A stretch of DNA of 64,000 nt from NCBI GenBank assembly GCA_002269645.1, contig NIVC01000100.1, positions 434,001 to 498,000 on the forward strand, given 5' to 3'. The notes beneath the pieces were generated by a model, which made no database searches, was not told where the DNA came from, and worked only from the letters and a program-made list of their open reading frames with translations. Made by a program: the position numbers and the translations under genes. This DNA comes from Macrostomum lignano (Eukaryota). Each line of letters opens with the position of its first letter. Positions within the stretch are counted from its first letter, which is position 1. This document shows positions 1 through 11,300 of this stretch, in pieces.

Positions 1-236
1 ATCTGGGAGGCTGGGCTCAGCAATTGAGGATCTGGGAGTCTGGCCCAGCATCTGAGGATCTGGGAGGCTGGGCCCAGCAACTGAGGATCTGGGAGGCTGA
101 CCCAACAACTGAGGATCTGGGAGGCTGGGCCCAGCAAGTGAGGATCTGGGATACTGGCCTAGCAACTGAGGATTTGGGAGGCTGGCCCAGCAATTGAAGA
201 TCTGGAAGGCTGGCCCAGAAACTGAGGATCTGGGAG
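1..236 (-). repeat. 28-bp minisatellite (CTGGGCCAGCCTCCCAGATCCTCAGTTG on minus), runs off the window edge
   Basis: Tandem units read directly; same family as 4470-4963 and 27262-28148. Confidence 0.95.
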
Positions 237-700
237 AAAATGGCAGTGGTTGCGAGGGTTCTAAGAAGATTGCAAAATAATTGAAGCAAGCATTTAAGAC
301 TTGCGCCGTGTTACACGCAATAACGTTTATCACACACAGAGAACACGAAGGATTTCAGCTGATTAACAGGAGGAAAATATCGTTAATCCAACGTAGTGGT
401 TGATGTATTTGAATTGTGTTGCAAATATAGGCTAGTATAATATAACAAAAACTAAATGGCTACGAGTAAATAGAAATTACACAACACAAAACGTGCATTT
501 ATCTGGCAATATTTTACGTTAAGATCTATCTTGGATTAATGATGTTGTTAATCAAAAGGGGGCTGGGAGTTTGGTACTAATTTGAAAAGGCTATCAATAA
601 TATTTATAGGAGATTTGATTAAGTTTTAGTTTAAAAAACGCTACAGAAGTATTGCATCTCAAACGTTTAAAAACTGTAACAAAACCAACAATATTGTCTG

Positions 701-1104
701 GACGGGGCCATCACAAACCCGAAAAATCACAACTCCGAAAAGCGCTTTTCATCATAAACCCGAAATATCATAAACCCGAAATATCACAAACCCGAAATAT
801 CATAACTCCGAAATTGATAGCAACACATATCATAAACCCGAAAAATCATAACTTCGAAAGTTCTAGCAATGTCCAAGACTATTTTGGTTTTCGGAGTTAT
901 GATATTTCGGGTTTTTGATATTTCGGGTTTATGATGTGCGTTGCTAACACTTTTGAAGTTATGATATTTCGGGTTTATGATGGGCAATGCTATTTTGGTT
1001 TTTGGAGTTTGGGTTTATGATATTTCGGAGTTGTGATTTTTCGGGTTTATGATGGGAAGTGCTTTCGGAGTTGTGATTTTTCGGGTTTGTGATGACGACC
1101 CGTC
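701..1104. mobile_element. MITE-like foldback element with internal AAACCCGAAATATCAT repeats
   Basis: Left end GACGGGGCCATCACAAACCCGAAAAATCACAACTCCGAAA is the near reverse complement of the right end TTTCGGAGTTGTGATTTTTCGGGTTTGTGATGACGACCCGTC. Imperfect direct repeat GTCT(G/T)GACGG overlaps both ends. Superfamily not assignable. Confidence 0.7.
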
Positions 1105-1258
1105 TTGACGGCTATTAAAAATCTTTTAAAGTGGCTGAGTTTAACGTGCAAGCTTACTCTAAAACAGAATTGTACACTAGAAAAAGCAAGAGGCATATTG
1201 TGACGCAAGTCAGTAACTAAAAAAACACAGATCCCTGATCCCTGAACTCCTGAACTGC

Positions 1259-2986
1259 TCAAAGTTTGCTGCTAACAGTTCCAGATTCTGCAGCCTCGTT
1301 CCCGCTTAAAAGCAGCAAGCGAAACTGGGCACACAAAGGCAGATGATCGGACGACTGCAGTCGATTAGGTATGCCCCCAATCTGATTCAACTGACGAGGC
1401 GTTAACAGATTCAGTTGGGCCAAGCACTGCAGCAAAGGTACTGGAGTCGGTTTCAATTCTGTCTGCTCTGCCGTTTTGTTGCTAACCGAAGTTCGACCCG
1501 AACTATAAAAGATTGCGTCCACTGTACAACTGTCTTGAGCAGTGTAGGACGTTATAGTAAACAGATTGTTGGAGTCGCGATAGTCGTAAGCCGATTGGAA
1601 ACTCAATTGATGAGAGAGCACTAATTCGGTAGGAGGTGCTTTTTCCTGCTTCTTTCTCTGGGCAGAAATTGATTCTGAATCGGCCTCTTTAAACTGGCAT
1701 TCGAACGTGAATCCAGCCCGTTTAATAAGTTCGGGATTGAGATAGGCCTGCGATCGCCGTCTGAGAAAGCTGGTAGCATTCTGCATAGAAATATCGGACA
1801 CTAGCAGTTTGTCCAGACTGAGACTGCCCTCCAGGAACAGATGGAACAGAGCGGAATTCGGTTGCGAATTCAAGTCGCCGCACAGAATCACCGGAGTCTC
1901 GGGTGCAACAGTGCTAGCAAGTGTGGCAAGCAGATTAGCCGATTGTAACAGTTTGGCATCGCCCCGATTCGGATTAAACAACAGGTGAGTGTTGGCGATA
2001 GCGATTTGGCTAGATGGATTCGATAGAAAGCTGAGAACGGCCACCTGAGCCACATTGTGATAAGCCATTGCTGGCAGATCCTCCCTATAAAACTCTACAG
2101 GCGTGTACTTATCCAATCGAAACACATCGCGACGCCAGAAAATAGCGCAACCGTCTAAAGCTTTGCCAGTCTTGGCCAAATAGCAGCCCTCAAAGCCGAG
2201 CGAGCTGAGCTCACGCTCGAAATAATTGGCATAGGCGTCTGGCTCCACCTCCTGCAAGCAGAGGACATCGGCGCGCAAGCAGCGAATATCGGATAACAGA
2301 TTCAATCGCCTCAGAGGCCAATTTAACCAGCGCGGATTGCGCACGTGACTGTACAAGTGCGGATTAAATTCCAGATGACATTGGGCAAGAATGTTATAAG
2401 ATAGTACGCGAAAATCCACGTGCCTAGAATTTTCCGGTTGAAGCGGCGAACTATTCGGATCTGCAAATTGTTTCCATCGTCGAAGGCTTGGCGAAGCTGA
2501 ATTACACGATGATGAGTAGTTTCTCTGGTGTCTATAGTTCGGTCCGGCACCGCCCATTCCCTGCTGATTGTAGGGCCTGTACCGAAATATACTGCCTCCG
2601 CGGCCACTACTGCGATGCTGACTCTGATACTGATGATGCTGATACTGCATAAGAGATCCATAAGACAACGCTTGCAAGTCCTGTTGAAAATATTCTAAGC
2701 CTTGATGAGGATGATGATGACCTGCTACCTGAAAGTATGAATAATTACTAGTTTGATAGCCGCCACTATCACTACTGGTAGTAGCATTCTGAGATGAATT
2801 CCAATTTTGATAGGACCGACGAAAAATCGAGCTTCTGCGATCGGGTGGCCTGCTTTGATTTCCTTGCATATCCGTTGAGTAGTAGCTGGATTCCGATCCC
2901 GCTGTTGTTATTGCTGCTTTCAATTTCTGGCACCAAAGGGGCCGAATTCTACTGCTAATGCGGTGTAGGGAACGAAAAACTGGCAT
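1259..2986 (-). CDS. ANGEL: Angel-family (CCR4/EEP) phosphoesterase, 575 aa, intronless, basic N-terminal presequence-like segment
   Basis: EEP motifs SYNILAQ, LCLQEVE, CGDLNS and SDHLPL, plus Angel-type IANTHLLFNPNRGDAKLLQ. Confidence 0.92.
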   Translation of the reverse strand: MPVFRSLHRISSRIRPLWCQKLKAAITTAGSESSYYSTDMQGNQSRPPDRRSSIFRRSYQNWNSSQNATTSSDSGGYQTSNYSYFQVAGHHHPHQGLEYFQQDLQALSYGSLMQYQHHQYQSQHRSSGRGGSIFRYRPYNQQGMGGAGPNYRHQRNYSSSCNSASPSLRRWKQFADPNSSPLQPENSRHVDFRVLSYNILAQCHLEFNPHLYSHVRNPRWLNWPLRRLNLLSDIRCLRADVLCLQEVEPDAYANYFERELSSLGFEGCYLAKTGKALDGCAIFWRRDVFRLDKYTPVEFYREDLPAMAYHNVAQVAVLSFLSNPSSQIAIANTHLLFNPNRGDAKLLQSANLLATLASTVAPETPVILCGDLNSQPNSALFHLFLEGSLSLDKLLVSDISMQNATSFLRRRSQAYLNPELIKRAGFTFECQFKEADSESISAQRKKQEKAPPTELVLSHQLSFQSAYDYRDSNNLFTITSYTAQDSCTVDAIFYSSGRTSVSNKTAEQTELKPTPVPLLQCLAQLNLLTPRQLNQIGGIPNRLQSSDHLPLCAQFRLLLLSGNEAAESGTVSSKL

Positions 2987-3627
2987 GAAAAAATAATTTC
3001 AATTTAAGCAATAATTAGGCAATATTTTGGCGATGATTGAATACAATTAATGGAAGTTTTTCATAGACTGAACTATTAGATGCTGTCACCTTAATCTTTA
3101 ATCTAACGTCATAGTTTAAGCATGAACAACTGTAGAAGAACGAAGCCTATACATTTGATCTCTACATTTTTACTAGGATTTTATGCTTGTGCGTTCAAGC
3201 ATTCCAATGTTTGACACGCAAGAAAGTGATGAATTTGAAGGTGGGACCTTTTGTCTTTTTTAAAGAACCGACGCCTAGCACCTGATGCTGTACCCTCGAT
3301 CTTTCGGAATGCTTCTTCCTAAATTAGTACTTTCCTACCACGCATCTGGCCTCCCAGTTAGGTAAATTATCATTCGCCAAAGACTTGACAGCACAAGGCA
3401 GGTTGAGAACCTTGAAGAAATTTTGAGAAATCTCTTAAATTAGCGAAACTTGAAGCCAAGGTTGATTACTCAATCGATAGATCACCTAGCAGAGCAAATA
3501 TCCTTCGTTCCCGTAAATAAAATAAATGAGAGTGGGAAGAATAAAAAATATTGATGAAACAAAGAATTCATAAATCGTGGCCTAAATAGCTAAGCAATAT
3601 GACTAAGCACATTTTGTTAATTGTAAT

Positions 3628-3897
3628 AATAATAGTAATAATAATTGATTACACCTGCTCCAATTGGGCCAGATGTGCAGCCGACAACTGAAAGCTGCCG
3701 ACATGTGGGTCACACCACACATCCTCAATTATCCCAGCTAATGCTGGCACCCATTTTACAGCTCTGGGTGAACTGAAGCAATGCAGAGTTTAGGGCCTTG
3801 CTCAAGGACACAAATTGTTCCAGTGGGATCGGAAATCGAACCCCCGACCTTCAAGTCGTGAGTACGACGCTCTGACCGCTAGGCTACAACACCCCTT
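3628..3897 (-). mobile_element. tRNA-derived CORE-type SINE, copy 1
   Basis: Minus strand shows A-box TAGCCTAGCGG, B-box GGTTCGATTTCC, CORE-like TGTGTCCTTGAGCAAG...CTGTAAAATGGG and an (ATT)n tail. Flanked by the 11-bp direct repeat TTAATTGTAAT (3617-3627 and 3898-3908). Confidence 0.85.
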
Positions 3898-4368
3898 TTA
3901 ATTGTAATGAAACTACAATTGAGCTACGCTCGTATCCAAAAGAAAAAGAAAATTAAGTTTAGAACTTAATTAAGAACTTTTGAGCAGAAAAGTAATGAGG
4001 AAAATATCGTAACTGTTTAATATTAAAAAATGAAACTAACAAACTACAAGCTCTCAGCAAGAAAGTTGTAAAAAGCCGATATATTTCACATTCCACTACA
4101 TGCACAATTTCAAAACTAAGTGACTATTTATAAGAAACATTAAACAACTAACATAAATAGCACGCATGTTAATTCAGTTCATTTTTCGCTAATTATCGCC
4201 TTTATTTTGATTCCGGGCTGCTTCAAGTCGCAGTACTTGAGGCGGCAGTAGTGACAAACCAATCCAGGACGTGATTGCATGAGCCTCTGTAATTTGTGTA
4301 GGTTTCCAAATGAGTGATTATGCATTGCTGCCAATTAATGATCACAAAGTGTACTTGAAGCAGCTAAC

Positions 4369-5214
4369 TCAATAAGACTTACTAGAGACGATTGTAGGAT
4401 ATTTTTCGTACGCGTCCAGTTGGAACTCTGAAATTTAGGCAGAAAAAGTATTTTCAAATTAAAAGTGAATTCTGGAAGGCTGGTCCAGAAACTGAGGATC
4501 TGGGAGGCTGGCCCAGCAACTGAGGATTTGGGAGGCTGGCCCAGAAACTGAGGATCTGGGAGGCTGGCCCAGCAACTGAGGATCTGGAAGGCTGGTCCAG
4601 AAACTGAGGATCTGGGAGGCTGGCCCAGCAACTGAGGATTTGGGAGGCTGGCCCAGAAACTGAGGATCTGGGAGGCTGGCCCAGCAACTGAGGATCTGGG
4701 AGGCTGGCCCAGCAACTGAGGATGTGGGAGGCTGGCCCAGCAACTGAGAATGTGGGAGGCTGGCCCAGCAACTGAGGATCTGGGAGGCTGGCCCAGAAAC
4801 TGAGGATCTGGGAGGCTGGTGGCACAGCAACTGAGGATCTGGGAGGCTGGCCCAGAAACTGAGGATCTGGGAGGCTGGCCCAGAAACTGAGGATCTGGGA
4901 GGCTGGCCCAGCAATTGAGGATCTGGGAGGCTGGCCCAGCAACTAAGGACCTGGGAGGCTGGCAAGTGGCTCCTTAACTGAAAAAGGAAGAATTAAAAAT
5001 AAATCAAAGCAGAAATTTCCATTTTTTAACAGACTCACTCACCTGAACTAGTCTTCATTCTGACCAATGTGATCAGACCCATAAGAACAATTGGAGTAGG
5101 AATAGTTACAATCAGAGCGTGTTTAAATGAAATGAAAGTTTTAGTAGCAGGCCGACCAGAGGCTACGTGCGCCTTCCGAGTTGCCTTAGTGAATCTTTGC
5201 ACCGTTGTGAACAT
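4369..5214 (-). CDS. Putative 76-aa single-pass mitochondrial-type microprotein; complement(join(4369..4427,5043..5214))
   Basis: ATG at 5214, donor CAG|GTGAGT at 5043/5042 and acceptor TTTCAG at 4428 join in phase 1. Product: MFTTVQRFTKATRKAHVASGRPATKTFISFKHALIVTIPTPIVLMGLITLVRMKTSSEFQLDAYEKYPTIVSSKSY. AATAAA about 160 nt after the stop. Confidence 0.7.
4470..4963 (-). repeat. 28-bp minisatellite filling the microprotein intron
   Basis: Tandem CAACTGAGGATCTGGGAGGCTGGCCCAG units on plus. Confidence 0.95.
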
Positions 5215-5496
5215 GCTGCAGTGCTGAAATGTTTGAAAAATATCAACTAAACATCCAGGTTTGCTAAGAATTAGACTAATTTCAGGCTAAGTACATTTTT
5301 AAACAATAAATAACAAACTAACAGATAAGAGTGCAAAATTTTTAATACACAGGCCACTGTGAAAATGCGTATAATGATATAATTAAGTTTAATTGACTGT
5401 ACGAGCACGTTATTAACATATTTAATGCGAGTCGAGGAAAAAACACTTCGGATGATATTGGTTGGGAGGGGGGAGGGTGCTAATGGTGGCTGGTCA

Positions 5497-5970
5497 ATGG
5501 GGCGCCAGGTTGCTTTGAAAGGCGCTATGATGATTTGGAAGTCGCCATAGAGATTTGGAAGGCGCCATAGGGAGTTGGAAGGCGCCATGAGGATTTGGAA
5601 GGCGCTATAGAGATTTGTAAGGCGCCATGAGGATTTGGAAGGCGCCATAGGGAGTTGGAAGGCGCCATGAGGAGTTGGAAGGCGCCATAGAGATTTGGAA
5701 GGCACCGCATGGATTTGGAAGGCGCCATAGGGATTTGATAGGCGCCGCATGGATTTGGAAGGCGCCATGAGGATTTGAAAAGCGCCATAGAGATTTGGAA
5801 GGCGCCGCATGGATTTGAAAGGCGCCATAGGGATTTGATAGGCGCCGCATGGATTTGAAAGGCGCTATAGGGATTTGATGGGCGCTATAGGGATTGGAGA
5901 GGCGCCATGAGGAACTGAAACGCGCCATAGGGATTTGAGACTCGCCACAGGGATTCGGAAGGCGCCGAAT
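5497..5970. repeat. 20-bp minisatellite (GGATTTGGAAGGCGCCATAG)
   Basis: Tandem units read directly; lies between CDC26 and the microprotein gene. Confidence 0.93.
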
Positions 5971-6189
5971 CGATTTTAGAAACACACAGAGATATTTATG
6001 CACATGTAGATAACGTAAGCATTGACATTGGCTGAAGCATCAAATTACATGATGTAATTAAAATTAAGCCGGAAAACTAATTCAAACACAACTTCCTCGA
6101 AATGCTACTATCAATAGCAGAAAATGAAAATCAAACAAATAACGAAGACGAAGAATAATAACATCATGTGTTAATCGAAATTAAAGCCT

Positions 6190-6423
6190 CTAAGAATCAT
6201 TTTGAGTAGCTGGCATAGGATTATAACCAATCCGCTCATTCCTAATAGCCTTCTCGCGTTCCAGATCGGACACTACAGGCTCTGCTTTAATGTCTGAAGT
6301 CGATGATGACGAAGCAGCGGCAGCAGCAGCCGCAGCCCTAGCTTTAGCAACTGTTCGAGCTTGCTCAAGCTCAGATAGATCGTCCATTTTCAATTCAATT
6401 CGACTGATTGGTCGGCGAAGCAT
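6190..6423 (-). CDS. CDC26: Anaphase-promoting complex subunit CDC26 (APC12), 77 aa
   Basis: N-terminus MLRRPISRIELKMDDLSELE matches the CDC26 signature MLRRxPTRLELKLDDIEEF; C-terminal IRNERIGY matches INDRIGY. Confidence 0.9.
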   Translation of the reverse strand: MLRRPISRIELKMDDLSELEQARTVAKARAAAAAAAASSSSTSDIKAEPVVSDLEREKAIRNERIGYNPMPATQNDS

Positions 6424-6633
6424 GATTTAATTAGTCAAATAATTACCGAGCTATCAGGAATATTTAGTTGAGTATGTGTTAATTAACTGACGAAATGTCT
6501 ATGGCCAAAAGACCATAGATCCAGTGCTGCAGTCAGCGGCCACACCGGCCAAGACTGTCTATGGTAAATCCTCACTCATCGCTGTACCATACGATCCAAC
6601 TATAATACGTTTAAATGCATTTGAAAGATACTA

Positions 6634-7345
6634 ATTGATGGGAATTCCACTGAGGCTGAGAGGGATTCCTCCGATGGGAATTCCACTGAGGCTGATGAGG
6701 ATTCCATCGATGAGAATTCTACCGAGGCTGAGAGGGATTCCTCCGATGGGAATTCCACTGAGACTGAGGGGGGATTCCATCGATGAGAATTCCACCGAGG
6801 CTGAGGGGGGTTCCTTCAATGGGAATTCCACTGAGGCTGGGGTTCCTCCGATGGGAATTCCACTGAGGCTGAGGGGGGTTCCTTCAATGGGAATTCCACT
6901 GAGGCTGGGGTTCCTCCGATGGGAATTCCACCGAGGCTGAGGGGGGTTCCTTCAATGGGAATTCCACTGAGGCTGGGGTTCCTCCGATGGGAATTCCACT
7001 GAGGCTGATGAGGATTCCATCGATGAGAATTCTACCGAGGCTGAGAGGGATTCCTCCGATGGGAATTCCACTGAGACTGAGGGGGGATTCCATCGATGAG
7101 AATTCCACCGAGGCTGAGGGGGGTTCCTTCAATGGGAATTCCACTGAGGCTGGGGTTCCTCCGATGGGAATTCCACTGAGGCTGAGGGGGGTTCCTTCAA
7201 TGGGAATTCCACTGAGGCTGGGGTTCCTCCGATGGGAATTCCACCGAGGCTGAGGGGGGTTCCTTCAATGGGAATTCCACTGAGGCTGGGGTTCCTCCGA
7301 TGGGAATTCCACTGAGGCTGAGGGGGATTCCTCCGATAGGAATTC
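6634..7345. repeat. About 33-39-bp minisatellite with GGGAATTCC core
   Basis: Tandem GATGGGAATTCCACTGAGGCTGAGGGGG-type units. Confidence 0.92.
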
Positions 7346-8304
7346 CAAAGATTTTAATTTTTAGGATTTCAAACTAATATATCGTACCGTAAATTTACAC
7401 AAAAACCCTAAAAGTATGATACTACTCAAACACTAGCTAAAATAATATAAACAGAAGACAAAAATCGTTTCTACAAGAATAATGATTTTTTATTTAATCA
7501 TTTCTGCAACCATACGCTATTAATGGCTTTTAAAAGCATCAATTTGCGGTACATAAACAATTTATGAAATTTATCAGCTCTTTATGTATAAAAAATATTG
7601 AAAGCTTTTTACTGGTTAACACGTTATCGAATGCAATCATTTTTATTCAAAAGAGCAGAGCACAATTCTAGCAGTAGGCCAAAAGACTATGATAAGTAAT
7701 ATGAAAGCTTTTGGTTTTTATAATTTATGTGACAGTAATAAATAACAAACAGAAATTTGAATTAATCAGAATAATGCATGGACGCAAAAGCCAAACAACA
7801 CGACAAGAAAAATCATAAAAAACGATTCTCTGTTTCTGGTCCAAGTCAGACAGTACAAAATTATGTAAAAAAACAATACAGTGATAAGCGCAAGTTGACC
7901 TCAAACTTTCATAGCACAGTAAGGCATACGGGTGGTTTTTTACTTTCAGGTGAATGGTGAAATGAAACACTATTGATAAGCACATTTTATGTTGACTGTT
8001 TCGGATTTTTCATACTTTCTTATCAAAAAAAGCTCTTCAGAGACGCATAGCAAACTAACAAAATTCCATAATTAATTCATACTAACTAGGATTTTCTTCC
8101 AATTAACTGAGATTCTCAAGCACATATATTAAATCAAACTTCTGGAGGTTCTTGAAATCATTCTTAAGATCATACTTGGTATTTTTAACCAAGTGATAAA
8201 AAAGATGAAATGCCAAAATCAAATCATTGAATGACTGAAATCCGATACTGCCCCCCAAGGGGGCAATCGCGCTAGTCCACACAACTAAATTTCTCCAGCT
8301 AAGT

Positions 8305-11300
8305 TCAGCACAAACACAGATCTTCGTCGTAGTCCTCCAGATCGTCGCTATTTCGTTGGTTGCCATGAAGACTGAAGCCTGTGTCGCGAGACGCGGAATC
8401 CTCCGCTTTACTATAATTGCGCGACATCATCGGCCGACTATTAACCAGCTTGTGGGCCAGAGTTAAGAATATCGACTCAACGTGATTAGCTTTAGAATCG
8501 TCTTTGGCGCTAGTCTCAAACAATGGCATAGAGTGACTGTCAGCGAATCGTTGAGCAGTTTGAGTTGGCACCGATTGTGCTGGCTCGTCACATTTATTGC
8601 CAATCAATAATCTGGGTATGTCGCCAGTTAAATAATGCTCCTCGCACTCTTGCAACCAGATTGGCAGACTATTAAAAGAGTTTGGCTTAGTCATATCGTA
8701 CACAAATACTACTGCGTGAACATTGCGATAGTAGTGCGGTAGCATGCTGCGGCGGAATCGCTCCTGTCCAGCCGTGTCCCAGAGTTGGAGCTGTGTTGGT
8801 TATTTCAATAGAATGGACAATTTAGTAAAGATCAAAGGTATCAGTTATTTTTACATTTTTATAATAATGTTTAGAGTTAGTTGAGAGCGATTTAAGAGCG
8901 ATGAGATTCAGGTGATCAGCTTTGGCATTCAGAGTGTAGCCAGGATTTTCTATATTTAGGGCGCCAGTACCAAGCGGCTTTAGGATGCTCTACATCTCTA
9001 AAGGCTTTAAGCACAAAGGGGCGCCAATAACAAGGGCCTTAGATAAAGCAAGGAAAAGCCTGAGTCTAAGCATTGAGGAAGACAATAAGGAAATGACAAC
9101 TTGGACTACTGAAAATTAAACATGACATCGGAATTTGTGGTACTAACATTTTTGCTAAAACAATATTGCATAACATAGTCTTAGCTATGAAAACTTGGAA
9201 AATTATCCTTCTTTTTATTAAAGCAAAAATGGATTTTTTGCATATTTTTGTGTTCTAATGCAAAAAGTACAAGGGTTGTCCCAGAAATATTGGGAAAAAC
9301 TGGTACAGAGGCTGACTGTGATATTCAAATTTGATGCAACTTTTGTCATAAGTAGAAAAAATCCAACGGTTGTTTTGGTTTTTAAATGGGCCAAAAATGT
9401 CAATTCTTTCAAAAGTTAGGCCTATAAATAGAACAAGGGGTTAGGGGTAGAGTTACAACCAAGTCCAGCCTACTATGCTGGCCATAGACTAAACTTTTGA
9501 TGTTTAGTCAGAACCATTGATTCGAAAACAAAAGCAAAGGAAGAAGCTGAAGAGAAACAAAAGAGCACATAAGCTCTCAAAAAAAGCAGAAGCTAATCTG
9601 AAGCAGAAGTGGAAGCAGAACAGCTGCAGGCTGCAGGCTGAGGGGTGACTTTGTTGAAAAATCATCAGTCAAGTGTGATGGCGATGCTGCGTGACCAACT
9701 TTGCAGACCCCTCAACTTGGTGTAACTCTACACCCCCACCCATTGTTCTATTTATAGGCACAACTTTTGAAAGAATTGACATTTTTACCCTATTTAAAAA
9801 GCAAAACAACCATTGGATTTTTTCTATTTATGATGAAAGTTGCATAAAATTCGAATATCATAGTCAGCCTCTATTTTGGTTTTTCCCACTGTTTCTAGGA
9901 CAACCCTTGTAGCATGTAACATAATACAACATAATATTATATGAAAAGAAATGGTGAAAGACTATTATATCAATAATGATTAAAAAAATTAAATATTTTA
10001 AATCCAACCTTAAAAACCTTTTATTCATATAAACACTATAACTTTATAAGTTAGTATTTACAAATTACAATATTATTTCTAGGCATGCAACTTGTTGTGA
10101 CCAAAAATGCAACTTATAAAAAGCTTAAGCAAAAATAATATAATTCTGTGTAAATAATAGGAAAACTATGACTATATTATATTAAGGCTAAATTCCAAGT
10201 TAACTAATTAGTAGTACAATGTTTATATTTGTTTGGGTGGGCATCTTTGTGACTTCCTTGGCTGACCCTCTAACTAGCCAGCCAGATTGTCTAGTCAATA
10301 TTGTTAAAACAAGCTTGGCCAGATGTTATGCATATATTGTCACTTAATTTCAATAAATTTGCTGGATCTAGACTAGAAACTCAGCCTTTTAAACTTTATT
10401 GGTATAATGCATATACAACACCTAGCAAACCTGGCCAAACTGGCTTAGTAAAAAAAGCTACTTCCCTAAAAATTGACCCTAAAAATGAAAACTTAAAAAG
10501 GATAATCAAGGAGCCAAAGAACCAAAAAATTCAAAATAAAAAAGAAAAATGAGGAAAAGACAAAGATGAAAGAAACAAAATAAATAACAATAGCTCAAGA
10601 CAAAGGGTTAAAAGGGGTAAGTAATCTAAGTAATAGCTATTACTTAAATTAAATTGCTAAAACAAACCAACCATAAACAAATGCATAATAAATGCTTAGC
10701 TAATTATATCAAGATAAAATGTTACACAAGAGATTGTGAGACAGGAACATATTATTTTAAATTCTAAAATCTTACTTATGACTCCATAACACTTCTATTT
10801 TTGGATTTTTTAATGTAGTGTAAAAGTCTACATATTAATTTTGCAAATATTTGTCTTTTTATTTGTCTTTGATTTCTTTCTTAATCTTTTGTAATCTTTT
10901 TAATCTTTCTTAATTCTTTCTTAATCTTTTGTACCTTTTTGCTATACCTGCTAATGATATTGAAACAACCTTCCTATTTGTATTTTATTATGAGCTAATT
11001 AACTTTCATGTTTCAGAAAAATAAGTTGATAAAAAAATTGATAATTACAAATGTAAGCCAAAAAAATTAGTGCACACCTATTCTTAAAAATCTGCTAGTG
11101 TTGCAACAAAAATGACCTTTTATATTGTGAAATAGACCTTTTTTGACAAACAAATTGGTTTATTTTTTTCTGTTTTTGGCATTAATATTTATAGTAGAAA
11201 ATTGATACATATAAAGATTTGTTTAAATGCTTTACTATAAGCTTAAAATCTTGGAAAGAGGGAAATTTCTATTAAGAAATAAACTTTTTTGATTTTTTTT

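Noticed and set aside
3180-3325. THAP-like motif RRLAPDAVPSIF on plus
   Set aside because: In-frame stop shortly upstream and no intact C2CH ligands; chance match or very decayed relic.
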